64,000 nucleotides of DNA from Trichoplax adhaerens (taxonomy: Eukaryota; Animalia; Placozoa). The notes below the pieces were generated by a model. It was not told the DNA's origin. It saw only the letters and a program-made list of their open reading frames with translations, and did not search any database. The stretch covers positions 11,284,878-11,348,877 of the forward strand of contig NW_002060943.1 of assembly GCF_000150275.1 (NCBI RefSeq), given 5' to 3'. A program made the position numbers and the translations under genes. Of the stretch, positions 1 to 13,056 are shown piece after piece. The stretch's first letter is position 1, and each line of letters starts with the position of its first letter.

Positions 1-9
1 ATAACTTAC

Positions 10-141
10 GCAACGAGGTTGTTGGTAAACATCAATGTTTTTCTCGCCTAAAAAACGTAGAATGCATCTTGCGCAACAGGAAGCTCGCCGGAGTACATTG
101 ACAATTGGTCCAGCAGAATTGGTAGGTTCAAATAAACGTAG
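10..141 (-). CDS. PUS10: tRNA pseudouridine synthase Pus10, N-terminal exon (gene runs off the left edge)
   Basis: Phase-0 exon bounded by an acceptor (ct at 142-143) and a GTAAGT donor (ac at 8-9). Translates LRLFEPTNSAGPIVNVLRRASCCARCILRFLGEKNIDVYQQPRC, matching the Pus10 N-terminal CxRCIxRFxG zinc-binding motif. The first exon is not resolved (possibly ~1392-1480). Confidence 0.7.
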
Positions 142-1874
142 CTAAGGATAACAATTATGGATAAGAACTGTTATCAATGCACTTACTGCAAAAACATACA
201 GCAACTCATAAGTCAAATGTATGGTTTCCAATATGAGCAAATGAATTAGATCTTTAAGCAATATTTATAAATATTAATTTATGTATTTATTAATTATTTA
301 TTTATTAATACCAATAAGTAACTTTGCTCTTTAATATAATTCAGTACTACCGATTGTAGAATGAGATCCGTTGGACATAAAGTAATAGCATTTAGAGTAA
401 GTTGAGCTAAAATAAGTCCATACATGTATTAGGCATCGTTAGATACTACATCGTAAAGCCATCACTAATCGGCAGTATGCAACTGTAGATCATACAGTAT
501 TTGTACGGTACTATAATATATTGCGTGTTCTATGTTGTACAACATATTGTATAACTACTGAACTCTAGAAAGGAAGCAGAAAACAGAAACTACAATGCTC
601 TATAACAACATGAAGGTATACGAATTATCATTACAGTATACGTATGCGATTTCAGTTGTCGCTTTTTGTGCGTGTATAATGCATGCTCCATGCAGCTAGC
701 AAAATGTATATTATTATTTTTCTTATTAATAGTGAGTTGACCAAGTTTATCCAGAATCTAGACCGTGTGAGTAATAATACGCGAAATAATATACGTATAG
801 TGCGATGATATCATGGTATCCTAAGTACACAGGGCCTGCACAGAATAGAGCAGTATACTCTACTGTATTGCATAGGTGGTAGTAGGCAGATGATGATGCA
901 ACTATCCAATTATAAATTAATCAGACCTGCAGTTAATATAGCACAATATAAGGGAAATAGTTATCGATGTACTGTGGCTCTTTCGTTGTTGCAAAGCTCA
1001 ACGAGCTAATTTTGCAAAGCACAGTAGGTTTTTTTATTTAGAATTGTAAATAGGCAATTGGCATATCATATCGTGTACAATACGAGTAGTCAACGTCGAT
1101 ATGATAGTTCATCTTGGTATCTCTCTATTTATCAGTATCCTTTATCATGATGAAAGTACAATTAAAAATGCCTCTTCCTCCAAATCATCCTCTCTTTACT
1201 CGTATGCATACGCACAATATATTATGGCAATATTTCAAATTGGACGTGCACGTACATTTAAATAGTGTATCGTCGAATGGTAAAAATTCACACAGGAAAA
1301 GAATCTTACTTGCGTTATTAATTTTTTTGCAGCCATGCAATCTATACACCAAGTTGAAGGCAGTTCATTTATTTTATCTTAAAAAACTAACTAAATGACT
1401 GATATATTTGCTTCCAGTCGTGGATTGCTCTAGCGGTTTCGGATTTGCTGCAACTGGAGCTACTGAAGTTGAGTACTGATGATACACATTATACACTCTA
1501 TACTGTACACTTTCTAGGAATGTTACTTTAGTATAGCGTATAGTACTGTAGCTAGTGTACTGGTACAGTCTGTATAGAACTGTACCATGGTCTCCGTAGC
1601 TATAGCATACTAGTGATAGGTGCAAATTCTAAATCTAGAATTACTGCAGTAGTCGTCTGATCATTTAGGTTAAATAAATGAATTAATCTAGGGAAGATTA
1701 GAAGACGCTTATTCTTGATTTCCTTACAATTAAATCTAGTAGTAGACTACCTAGCTAAGTTTATTATGTTCATTTAAGTACATGTAGGCAATTTTAAGGA
1801 TATAATGTGGTTGTAGCCAGTATTGGCAGGCTTGCTTCGTTTCCATAGAGTAGACAAGGCATTGAGATTCCATC

Positions 1875-3790
1875 ATGGAAGAAAATCAAGATCGCGATTA
1901 TTGTGACAATAGACAGTACCATAATGTTAAAACTTGGCCAGGAAAGTGTTCTGCATTCGATCAATCTCGTGATACTCATAATATTTTCATTTCCGTTGCT
2001 GGCATAACAGGTAAACTATTTAAAATTCAGGCGCCTAGTCCCTGACCCTTTATTATTGCCATTTTAATGTTGATACAAATGGTTGAAGAAACTAATTTAT
2101 TACAGCTTCTGGTAAGACCTCTGTCACCAAAGCTCTTTCAAAATCACTTTGTGTACCTTCCTTTCATGAACCTGTACTGGATAACAACTATTTGCGCGAT
2201 TTCTACCGTAATCCGAGGCGTCATGGTTTTGCTGTTCAGGTACAGTTATGAAATTGGTTTAATCGTCCGTTATACTCTATTACTCCTAATTATAATTTAT
2301 TTAATGTATAGTACTGTAGGTGTATACGCCGATTGGTATATGAATTACTGCATAATTATACGTGTTTGCCTCCAGTAGTTTATTTCTTGCTCTATTTCTG
2401 TATATAATTTGTACGTGTACACTTAGTGTGTATTTTATAAATAAAGTTTTATGTAGAAACTTAACGATCTACGTATATCTAGACAAAGTATCACTTATGA
2501 TTATCAATCAATCAATCCTCAACGTAATGCAATTGTAGATATCGCCTTTAGGCACGGATATTTCATGATCTGATGGATTATAATGATATACATATAATTA
2601 TTAAAGATGCATATCACATACTATACGATGTACGTATACTCGTAAAATGGAATATACGTCGTATACACTAAGAAGGTTCATGTGCCTTGATGATATGTTG
2701 GATAGTGTAAACTACAATGTAGTCTTCTAATTCTAATTATTTATTGCTAGTTTTAGCGTCATATAGTTTATGGAACTAGTTAGGATTTGTGTACTGTGAG
2801 AGTACTGCCAATGGCACTACGACTTATGCCACTTTTAAAGGAGAAACGTACTTACCCTTTTATTCCAATTTTGTAGGTTAATTTATTAAATGCTCATTTC
2901 CAGCAACAACAACAAATAGTTTGGCAAGGTCGAGGTGGAATTCAAGATAGATCTATCTACGAAGATCTTGTGTATGCTAAGGTAATATCAGACTAATATA
3001 TTAAGATCTTGTGTATGCTAAGGTAATATCAGACTAATATATTAAGATTGCTTGAAGTTATTTCTTAACTCGGTACTAAATAAATAAATTTCCTAGCTAT
3101 TCCATGCTCACATTCATATATTCTATCACTAATGTACGGATCGATTTTTATCAATAATAATTACAGGTGTTAAAAGACACTGGGCTAATGGAAGAAAGAG
3201 AATATAATACTTACACATCACTTTTTAACAATTTATCCAACTTTTTGTAAGTCAAGTTATCCGCCTATGATATTTGAAGGGCATTAGATGCTAATATGAT
3301 TCATGCATGTCAACGGTCAATATATTACTTAATACAGCAACCGTAATTGATCTATCTAGAAAGAGACCAAATTTAATCGTCTATCTCGATGTGACGCCTG
3401 AAGAATGTAAGGCACGAATTGATAAACGCGGCTGTAAAGGAGAATCGGGAATTACTATCGAATATCTAAAATGTCTACAAAAAGGTTATGAAGAATTCAT
3501 AACAGAAATGTCGCGTGTTCTCCCTGTAATCAGAATAAAATACAAAGAACTCCATTCTACCGAAGATATCGCGAATATTGTCGTAAGGTTTGTTGATTAC
3601 CTTAATGTGCAACATATGTAAGCATACAGAGATGAAAATTACCCTTTTTCTATTTGGCTTCAAAAATTGGCACAGATACTATTGAAAACTCGACTAATCG
3701 TGACACCTAATCGTTCTGTATTTTTGCAACAGAAAATACGCAGAAATAACCTCTGTGTGGTTAATAGATCCAGAGAAATTTTCAAGATGA
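1875..3790 (+). CDS. Deoxynucleoside kinase (dAK/dGK-like, Dictyostelium/bacterial type), 6 exons
   Basis: Exons 1875-2010, 2106-2239, 2877-2981, 3167-3246, 3360-3587 and 3733-3790 splice in frame. Motifs: P-loop ISVAGITASGKTS; EPVLDNNYLRDFY; FQQQQQIVWQGRGGIQDRSIYED; PNLIVYLDV; lid RIDKRGCKGE. The last exon is less certain. Confidence 0.88.
2962..3048 (+). repeat. Exact 41-bp tandem duplication spanning the dNK exon-3 donor
   Basis: aagatcttgtgtatgctaaggtaatatcagactaatatatt at 2962-3002 and 3003-3043. Confidence 0.95.
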
Positions 3791-4974
3791 AATAAGCTAT
3801 GACTGTATTTTATTCACTATTTTATGTTGGATTCTTCATTTGATAGCGTGCAGACTTGCTGCATTTTACGTATAGCAAATAGAGAATGAATCCGGTTTTT
3901 ATTGAGATGTAATTTAGCAGTTTACGAATTGCTAATTTATCAAGCATTGTTAGCCTAGGTTAGATCAATTGCAATTGAGCTTAATTGTCTTTGACCGTTA
4001 CAGCTCTTGTTTTATATCGTAAGTTAATATTACACTGCATAGGTTTAACTAGCCCGAAAATTTATCTAGCTTTGACACTAATGTAATTTAGCAATTTATG
4101 AATTGTTAAATTCATTTAATATTATTACCCTATACTAGGTCAATTCTATTTGAGCATAATTCCATTTTACTACATTTTGGATTATATTCGTGATACAAGG
4201 AGAATGGATCAACATGATACTAGACGGTTTTATTTGTTCTAAATTTATAAGGTGCTTTATCAATGGATCGATTGAATCATCTACTATTATGCGTTTATAT
4301 ATATGTGCATTATAAAATTTTACTGCAGATAAAATTAGTAATTTCTAATATAATGATCGTTATTACTCGTGGGTATGATGACATCTTTTTTTATAGTACT
4401 TGGATTGTTTCTTTTTTTTTTAAGCTAATACTCACAATAGCAGTTTGATCGTATGAATTATTCCGTAGACTAACAGAGAATGACACAGAATGGAAATAAA
4501 TGATATTATGGCTAAAGTGACTACTTGAGGAATAAAATAGAGAAAGTAATTGACGCCTTATGTCAGCTCTGAGTGCTCAATTCACCAGATGACAGTGACT
4601 CCATTATGATCGGGTGTAATGAATTTTATTTATTTATAGTGGTATTTAAACTCTTAAGTAGAGTACTAAAATGGTTCAATATGATGGATATTGTACTTCA
4701 AGGCTCTTGCATAGCCAGCTTAAGCTTGAAATTGAAAAGATTTTGCTGTTAATTCAGGCTTTAGCCGTGGCATATATAAACCATAAGGTGCTTTCGTGTT
4801 TTAATTACTTATATATAGAAATTTAGAGTGAAGCATAGCGAGCGAGTGGTAACCGTTATTACAGTGTAAAGGCTTCGAGTGTTGGGAGATATGAGAGCAA
4901 AAGTCGAAGTGTTAAGCATAGACATAAAAAGGTAAAAGCTAGTTGTCAGTGCAGTTAATATCCTAATGGATACT

Positions 4975-5697
4975 CGTAGAAGGGTGAAATCGAATTTTTC
5001 TACTAGGCCATCAATTCATTGTCATTGAGTGATCTATGTATGATTAGGCATTAGGCATAGAAGGCTGCAAAAACCGCACGCTACTGTATATGCTTTTTCT
5101 ATGCAAATTTGCAATTTGTTACTTTGTGCTGTATAAAAGTAGGGTGGTAACCAGGTCGGATGTGGTGGGATCGATACTGGTAGATGAATGAAATGTAATT
5201 TTCCTACTAGGCCATGAATTAGTCGTCATTGAGTGATGGACAGTATGATTAGGCATAGAAGGCTGCAAAAACCGCTAGCTACTGTATGTGCTTTTTCTAT
5301 GCTAATTTGCAATTTGTTACTTTGTGCTGTATAAAAGTAAGGTGGGTATTAAGGTCGGATGTGGTGGGATCGACACTGGTAGAAGAATGAAATGTAATTT
5401 TCCTACTAGGCCATGAATTAGTTGTCATTGAGTGATCTACAGCATCATTAGGCATTAGGCATAGAAGGCTGGAAAAACCGCTAGCTATATGCTTTTTCTA
5501 CGCTAATTTGCAATTTGTTACTTTGTGCTGCATAAAAGTAAGGTGGGTAATAAGGTTGGATGTGGCGGGATAGACACTGGTAGAAGAATGAAATTAAATT
5601 TTTTTTTCCTACCACGCCATGAATTAGTCGTCATTGAGTGATGTACACTGTACACTGTACAGTACAGTATGATTAGGCTAAGAAGGCTGCAAAAACC
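4975..5697. repeat. Tandem array of ~200-bp units, ~3.5 diverged copies
   Basis: The anchor tactaggccat recurs at ~5001, 5205, 5404 and (degenerate) 5610. Internal blocks such as gcatagaaggctgcaaaaaccg and aatttgcaatttgttactttgtgctg recur in each full unit. Confidence 0.93.
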
Positions 5698-5766
5698 ATG
5701 AGTTGTTCAGTAGTAAACCTATACAATTACGTACAGTAGAGTAAGACCGAAGTCAACACTAGTGTT

Positions 5767-6307
5767 ACTCACGAGTACTGTATGTCGACCTGCACTCGGT
5801 CAGTTGATACAACATTGTAGAATACAATGCGTATGGACGTACAGCAGCAAGTGAATCGCTACGAGTGACATCGTTTTGGGTGAAGCTGGTCTACAGAACA
5901 CTAAAGTCACTCACGAGTATTTCGAACTGCACTCGGTCAGTTGATACAACATTGTAGAATACAGTGTGTATGGACGTACAGCAGCAAGTGAATCGCTACC
6001 AGTGACATCGTTTTGGGTGAAGCTGGTCTACAGAACACTAACGTCACTCACGAGTATTTCGAACTGCACTCGGTCAGTTGATACAACATTGTAGAATACA
6101 ATGTGTACGGACGTACAGCAGCAAGTGAATCGCTACGAGTGACATCGTTTTGGGTGAAGCTGGTCTACAGAACACTAACGTCACTCACGAGTATTTCGAA
6201 CTGCACTCGGTCAGTTGATACAACATTGTAGAATACAATGTGTACGGACGTACAGCAGCAAGTGAATCGCTACCAGTGACATCGTTTTGGGTGAAGCTGG
6301 TCTACAG
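5767..6307. repeat. Tandem array of 137-bp units, ~4 near-identical copies
   Basis: gcactcggtcagttgatacaacattgtagaatac starts at 5792, 5929, 6066 and 6203 (period 137), with only a few substitutions between copies. Confidence 0.95.
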
Positions 6308-6800
6308 TACTGTCATTTTTCAAAATGAAATACAAAGGCCAAAAATGCATCGATTTTATTTCAATTTGATATAAATCGGTAATCAGATCATCCTCTTTTC
6401 ATACCTATAACGTTGTACAGGTTTTCTTTGGAAAATAAACCATAAAATATGCACTGATTTATCTAGAAAGAAAATTCTTACCCACTCTACAAGTGGACAC
6501 AGTACCAGGTATCTCTGGTAGTCTATGAGTGTACGTACTGTACCTACGGTAGTACGAAACCCTACTGAAATAGGACAACATAACATTCATACTCTACTGT
6601 ACGGTACTGTACAGGACAGCACCCTGTCTGATCTTCTACAGTACTTTACATTGTGAAGTACAGTATCAAGTTGTCGACCAGGTTTTCACTCTGCTGTACA
6701 GTAGTTTTAACTTGCAAACTGACGACAACTGCAGTGTTATCCACAGCTTTTTTGTGATTGAAGAAGTGTTTCTCCAAAATCTTCAATCGAAAATTTAGAA

Positions 6801-9800
6801 ATGCCAAATAAATCTGCAAAAAACAACGAAAATGAGACTCAAGCTGGTAGTCAAGAATCCGAAACCACTCATGCAAACGATCAGCAAGGAAATAACCAAC
6901 AGCAAGAGCGTCAAAACCAAGCAGGATTCAGTTGGAAACGTCTAGTATGGCAAATGATCATTTTCTATTTTATTTCTAATCTCTTCAAGTCCGGCTCCAA
7001 ACCCAATGCGAATAATGGTACCACTTCACCAGCTACAACAAATTATAAACCGTCTACAAATCTCTTCCCACATGGCCAACTATTAGTAAGTCAATATTGG
7101 ATACAATAGATCATCGTATGCTAGAATAGACTTGTCACACTTAGATCGAGATTTTCTACTCTCATGATCAGCATTCATTTTTGAATGAGTTTCTACATAA
7201 TTACGTACTGTATATCATTTGTACCAATTAGGGTATACGTATACTCAACAATTTTAGCGTAGGTAGAGGTAATAAAGAGTAAAACTTCAATAAATGACTG
7301 AAATCACCATACTAAGTTATATATATATAATATCCAGTATTGAAAGAATGCAGCTCCAGACGTGGAGAAAATTTTCAAATATCGAGTAGACTACAAGTGA
7401 CATTGCAACGCTCCTTTACAGTCTACAACTAGACATGTTTTGAATCGATCAGGAGATACGCATTCTTTAGCTGTACGTCGTATATGGAATAACAATAAGA
7501 TTTGGATCAAATTTACTACTACTTTAATCGGTAGAAAAGTTTTCTAAACTCTCCATAATCATGTAATTTATTATTATTATTAGTGATAGGATTCTACTGT
7601 ATGCGCTAAACAGTTTAAAACATGCGTATATGTATGCAAGAATCCGATTGACGGATTACGTATTCCTTACGAATAGTGAGCATATCCAGTGATAAATAAA
7701 AGTTAAAAATTATTTCATGCTCATCTTGCAATACCATAGCAGTACACTCTACCCTTATGGTACAGTACTGTAGATTAGATCGATCAAGCGTCTGTTAACA
7801 GCTATGGTACGCTGGATCGATCTACTGTAAACCTCCCTGATTTTACTTGTGCCGATAGCACGTTATGGAACGATCTGTAGATACAAAATAGACTGGGCAT
7901 TTTATAAAGTTTACTTTAATGGACGGAATAGAGTACAGTATCAATGACTATTCTACGCCCTTGGACATTGGCCTTCTTTATAGCTTTCCAACTTACGCAC
8001 TCTCCTAATAAGTTAATATAATGTTGAGCAAGTTTATCGACTCGGATTTTACCCCAGAAATAATTCTATTTTTCATCGATTAACTTTTTCATGTCTTGTA
8101 GAGTTTATATGTTTACCTATCGGAGAAAGAAAACTTTACAGAATTTGATAATTCAAGCTACTTGGTATGGAAGTATAATAAATTGAGATACGGCAGTTGG
8201 GAAGATGGCCCTAATGCAGATGGAACTAGGAGTAAAAGTCATTCATTCAATATCAGTGAGGTACAAGTCTACGTTTAACGACAGTGTCTAAAAATAGTGC
8301 GATACTCGTTTAAAAGTGGACTTTATCGTAGCAGCAATTTCTATAGATATTTAAGCTGATAATATATGGTTATTGTTAAATCTACTGATTTCCAGAACTA
8401 ATAACTTTGGTTTTCAATCCAACCTACCGTAGCGTTATTTAGGATCGAGCTTTTACATATCTACATTAAATAATAAAATGAATCGTTTTTTATTATCTAA
8501 TCTACATTAAATAATAAATGATTCCTTTTTTATTATCTAATCTAATTTATACAGCAAATGCAATTGATTTCAACTGAAATTTTCTAACTTGATTTACTTC
8601 TTTGCCTGGTTATCATCCAGAATGTACAGAATAATGGATCTCTTTATTTGCACGTTTATATCTGCAAACATGGAATATCTCCCGATCCAAACAGTAGACA
8701 TTATCAATCGCTGGGAGTGATTCACCAAATGAAAAGTATGTAAATTGTACATCATTGTTAGTGTACTGCAATATTTTAACTCAACACTACATTTAGTCCC
8801 ATTTATCGATCTTATCACTAACACAATTATTTTAGTGTTAACTAGATATCGCAAAAAAAGGTTGCATAAAGCATCCAACTTAATAACAGGAAAGACTGAA
8901 GTCCACGCCGACTTACTTCCAGTAAATAAGGATTTTTCTAAGTAGTCGACAACGTTTTTTTATATCATATATACGTTGATAACTACAACATTATCAAATG
9001 CAAGCCTATTTGTATTATTGATTTACGAATGCCATTGTAGAAAACAGAAAATGAAAAACCTGAAATTATCTCTTATTGGCATCCAAACTTAACTATAAAT
9101 CTATTAGACGATCATACTTCGTGGGTCGAAGGATCAGTTCCTGCACCTTTAAATCAATGTACTGTAAAATCGTTATTTGCACTAGCTAAATTTTGCAAGA
9201 CGCATTATATTATATTGTTACTTTGATAATTGGTTATTTTTTTACTCCCATAGTCGTAAAATTTGACGGCCAAGGACATTACTTTCCAGTGATATTTTTA
9301 AACGATTATTGGAATTTAAATAGTGACTACATGCCCGTCAATTCTTCCGTCGAGTAATGAAAATGTTTAGTTCATACTTTTAAATGTTATCGTCGGCTTT
9401 GGTAGTAATCACCAATTAATCTTTCAAACTATTAGGACTTTACATTTAAATCTGATATATGGCCCTCTTTCCTTAATTAAATGGCAATTTTTCGCGTCAC
9501 AAACTACTCAAAATCCTTGGACAGCATTAATGGGAGGAGATCAGCAAACTGATGATGAGAAAGATAGTATGAAGGTATATGGAATACAATCGATTAAATA
9601 TCGAATTCTATTTAGAAGTTTATCGCTTTTGTACATGCAATCATTCTAGTATTTGATACCCTTATTAGAAAATAATCTAATTTTTTAACTTTTTACTACT
9701 TAAAACTCAAATCTAAAAAAAGTGAACTCCATATGCAAATTTATTATTTTTCTTATTAATTGTAAATCGGAGCTTTTTGAATCTGGATGTAGTTATAGCT

Positions 9801-11251
9801 CCTAGAAAATACTATCCAACTAATATTTTTGTATTTTTATACTTTCGTCTTACTAGCAAATGCTGCTTGAAACTAACCCTTATCTCATCGGATTAACAAT
9901 TTGCGTTAGTTTATTGCACAGCGTTTTTGAATTTTTGGCCTTTAAAAACGGTAACGAAGTATAAAAGTGTGTACAGTACAAATCTTAACTGTAAATATGG
10001 CAATTGGTGTATAGCACTAATATAAATATTAATGCATTTTTTATACATACGCTTATGATTTTTAGATATTCAATTCTGGAATTCTAGAAAATCTTTGGAG
10101 GGTTTATCTGTCAGAAGCGTTTTTTTTGGTGTTGTTCAATCAGTTATTGTTTTACTGTACGTTCTTGATAATGACACCAACACTATGATCATCATAAGTT
10201 GTTTGGTCGGTTTAGGTATTGATGCTTGGAAAATTACGAAAGTTATGAAAGTTGAGGTGAAGATTGAATCTGTACAGAATCAGATTTACCTAAACTGTAG
10301 CAATTCATATCAAAATTAGATATTAGAAGCTTGGATTTTGCTTAGTACTCAATTAACTTAAGTTACGGTTTGTATTGACTGCAGCTCAACTGGTCAAATG
10401 GGCCATTTAGATCTATACCTAGAATCTCAATCCAAGACAGAGCAACATATGAAGAATCACCCACGAAGGAATACGATAGGGTAAACTTCTAGGGTCTCTT
10501 TTAAGGTCCGTTGTATTTTAACACTTTTATCTTAAATTCACATACACTATGCCCTTTGGTTCTTAAAAACAATTTTAGATGGCTTTTAAATATTTGTCAT
10601 GGGCACTTTTCCCGATGTTTGCATGTTATACTGTTTACTCGCTGCTGTATCATGAGCATAAAGGGTGGTATTCATTTTGCCTTGGCATTTGCTACGGATT
10701 TTTATTAATGTTTGGTAGGTCAAATTAAGCTGTCTTGACTTCTTAGGCTAATGTGAAAATTCATCCGTCCGTAATTTTTAACTACTATTTGTCTCTAAAA
10801 CTATACTTTTTTATTTTAAAGGTTTTATCATGATGACTCCTCAGTTATTCATAAACTATAAGATGAAATCTATAGCTCATTTACCTTGGCGTATGCTCAC
10901 TTATAAAGCTTTAAATACATTTATTGATGATATTTTCGCTTTCATTATAAAAATGCCTACACTTTATAGAATTGGATGTCTTAGAGATGGTAATGGGCGA
11001 AAATTACATAATTATAGTGATAATATTCAGTTGATCTCATTAAAAGTATAATTTACTTGATTTTGCAGATGTGGTATTCTTTATATTTTNNNNNNNNNNN
11101 NNNNNNNNNNNNNNNNNNNNNNNNNNNNNNNNNNNNNNNAAAACGCGTTAACGAATTTGGTGTTAGTGGCGAAGACCTTGCTCGCCAATCTGGCCAGAAC
11201 GATGAAGAATCATCATCACCCACTGCTATTGAAAACAAGAAAGACAAGTGA
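6801..11251 (+). CDS. CLPTM1: Cleft lip and palate transmembrane protein 1 family (putative lipid scramblase), ~13 exons
   Basis: Exons include 6801-7085, 8102-8260 (SLYVYLSEKENFTEF...YGSWEDG), 8621-8735 (VQNNGSLYLHVY) and 8836-8921. Later motifs: SYWHPNLTINLLDD, YFPVIFLNDYWNL, LLETNPYL, FEFLAFKNDIQFW, MMTPQLFINYKMKSIAHLPWRMLTYKALNTFIDDIFAF, RVNEFG. An assembly gap lies inside the last exon. Confidence 0.93.
11090..11139. other. Assembly gap (50 N) within the last CLPTM1 exon
   Basis: N run between DVVFFIF and KRVNEFG. Homology predicts ~31 missing nt, so 50 N is probably a placeholder. Confidence 0.95.
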
Positions 11252-13056
11252 TAGAATTATTTTTTACGGAATTGCTGTAATAAACTAATTTTAACTTACT
11301 TTCTTGCTGTGTAATAATAATTGTAAGTTATATATTGTCCAATATTGGAATCAATAAGGTTCATGGCCTTACCAAAATATTGCTATCATTTATCCTTTGT
11401 TCAGTGAAAGAATGTACTAATACTGTATCCATACATGGAAACCTTTTTAGTCATGCTGTTATCAAATACAGAAACAATTTATGAGAAAATCTTCATATGC
11501 AATGTGAAAATTTGCCGTAATACGTGCATCAATATACAGTTATTTCAATCATGGGATAGAATTAATATTATAGTTATTATTATTAGTTACTGTATACATA
11601 CATAAAATCAGTTACTTAACTTAATAGAAATTATGTACGTATGCTTTTAAAGATCATTTTTACAAAGGCGATTTTTTGTTGTAACTTATAGATTTACTAA
11701 GTCTTTTATCATAGTTTACATTTATGAAGTTATGAAACTTTCTTCTCGTTTTGGTTAAGTACTCGCATAAATAAATACGGAAAAATTTCAGAACATTTTA
11801 TAATTTTACGGGTGTTTATTTGGCAATTTATGGAAACTGTATTTGTAACGCTACAATTAACTAAAACTACAAGCTTTATCACTATTTGGCGCTCGCCAAC
11901 AGAATTTATATTTACTGGTTTAATAATTTTCATCAAGAACAGTCGACTTCAAAGATTTCACATAAATCCTCCTTCGACGTTAGTATAATTGCTGTAATCG
12001 CACTGAGTGTATTTGCAATATCACTTATCAGTATGATAATAGAAAGAAGTTTCAGACTTGATATTAACAACTAGCAGTTCAAAAAGGCATATGAGAAATT
12101 ATAGATCTATCAAGTTTAGATACACATCATTTTTGCTTTCAGTAAAGAAGTACGAATGATCGTTAACCGCTATAGGAAATTCCACTTGTTACTAGCATCT
12201 TATAATGTTAATGTGCAAGCCTAATGGTAAACTGGACCATACGAAATAATGAATCCAACACAAATTCTTTAATTTATTACGGTTAATTTATATTTATAGC
12301 AAGTTAAATGTTAATTCTACGTAAAATTTCAAATATTAGCATGAAGAGGCCAAAATAAACCTTTTAAAGTTTAAATGTACAATTATGAACGGAAATCTTT
12401 ATCATACAAGTTAAGATTGTTACCATTCTTTTATTTACCAAAATTTTTTTGAAATTGAAAAAGAATTAGGAAGCAGATTTGATATATTGAACTGCATATT
12501 GAATGAACATAACACAGATAGATATTTAACTTAAGCTTTGGATAGTTACATTCTTCGTTTATCCTAGCTCTCAATGACGTATGTGATACTGCACATACGA
12601 GTATATTTAAGTAAGAATGCATGCACAGCTGTACACTTTCACAGATGTTCGCTTAACAGCAAATCGCCAGCAATACCATTTAGCGTTTACATAATTATTA
12701 TGAGTTAACTAGGAAAAATCTTCAGCTTACCAACTACAATGTAACGATATCCTTATTAGATACAATCAAAACTTTGATTAGAAATTGAGTACGCTATGGA
12801 AATCACTTTACTGTAATCCGAGGAGAGCTAAACATCATTACAGACGATTACAATATACGCGCTTGCTGTATCTTCATAGAATTTCAAAATGTGCAGTATA
12901 GGACAATAGATAAATTACAATTGATAATTAATTGTAGTATTAATATTAAGTAGAGCACTCCGTCGCTAAGGCAATAGTTAATCAATGCAACCACTTTACA
13001 AAAAATCTTAGTACTTGATAAAAAGGGAGTCATATTCACACCTTATAGTGTATTAG

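Noticed and set aside
4200-4960. Exon-like fragments downstream of dNK
   Set aside because: No consistent reading frame or recognisable product could be assembled.
5767-6307. 137-bp array as a CRISPR array, 5S rRNA or tRNA cluster
   Set aside because: Units are contiguous with no unique spacers; no recognisable 5S or tRNA box A/B sequence; eukaryotic context.
8459-8544. ~41-bp imperfect tandem duplication in CLPTM1 intron 2
   Set aside because: Real, but mid-intron and AT-rich, with no evident consequence.
11886-12074. Hydrophobic short ORF between the CLPTM1 and LCLAT1 3' ends
   Set aside because: No ATG start, no linked exons and no recognisable homology; AT-rich DNA yields hydrophobic translations by default.
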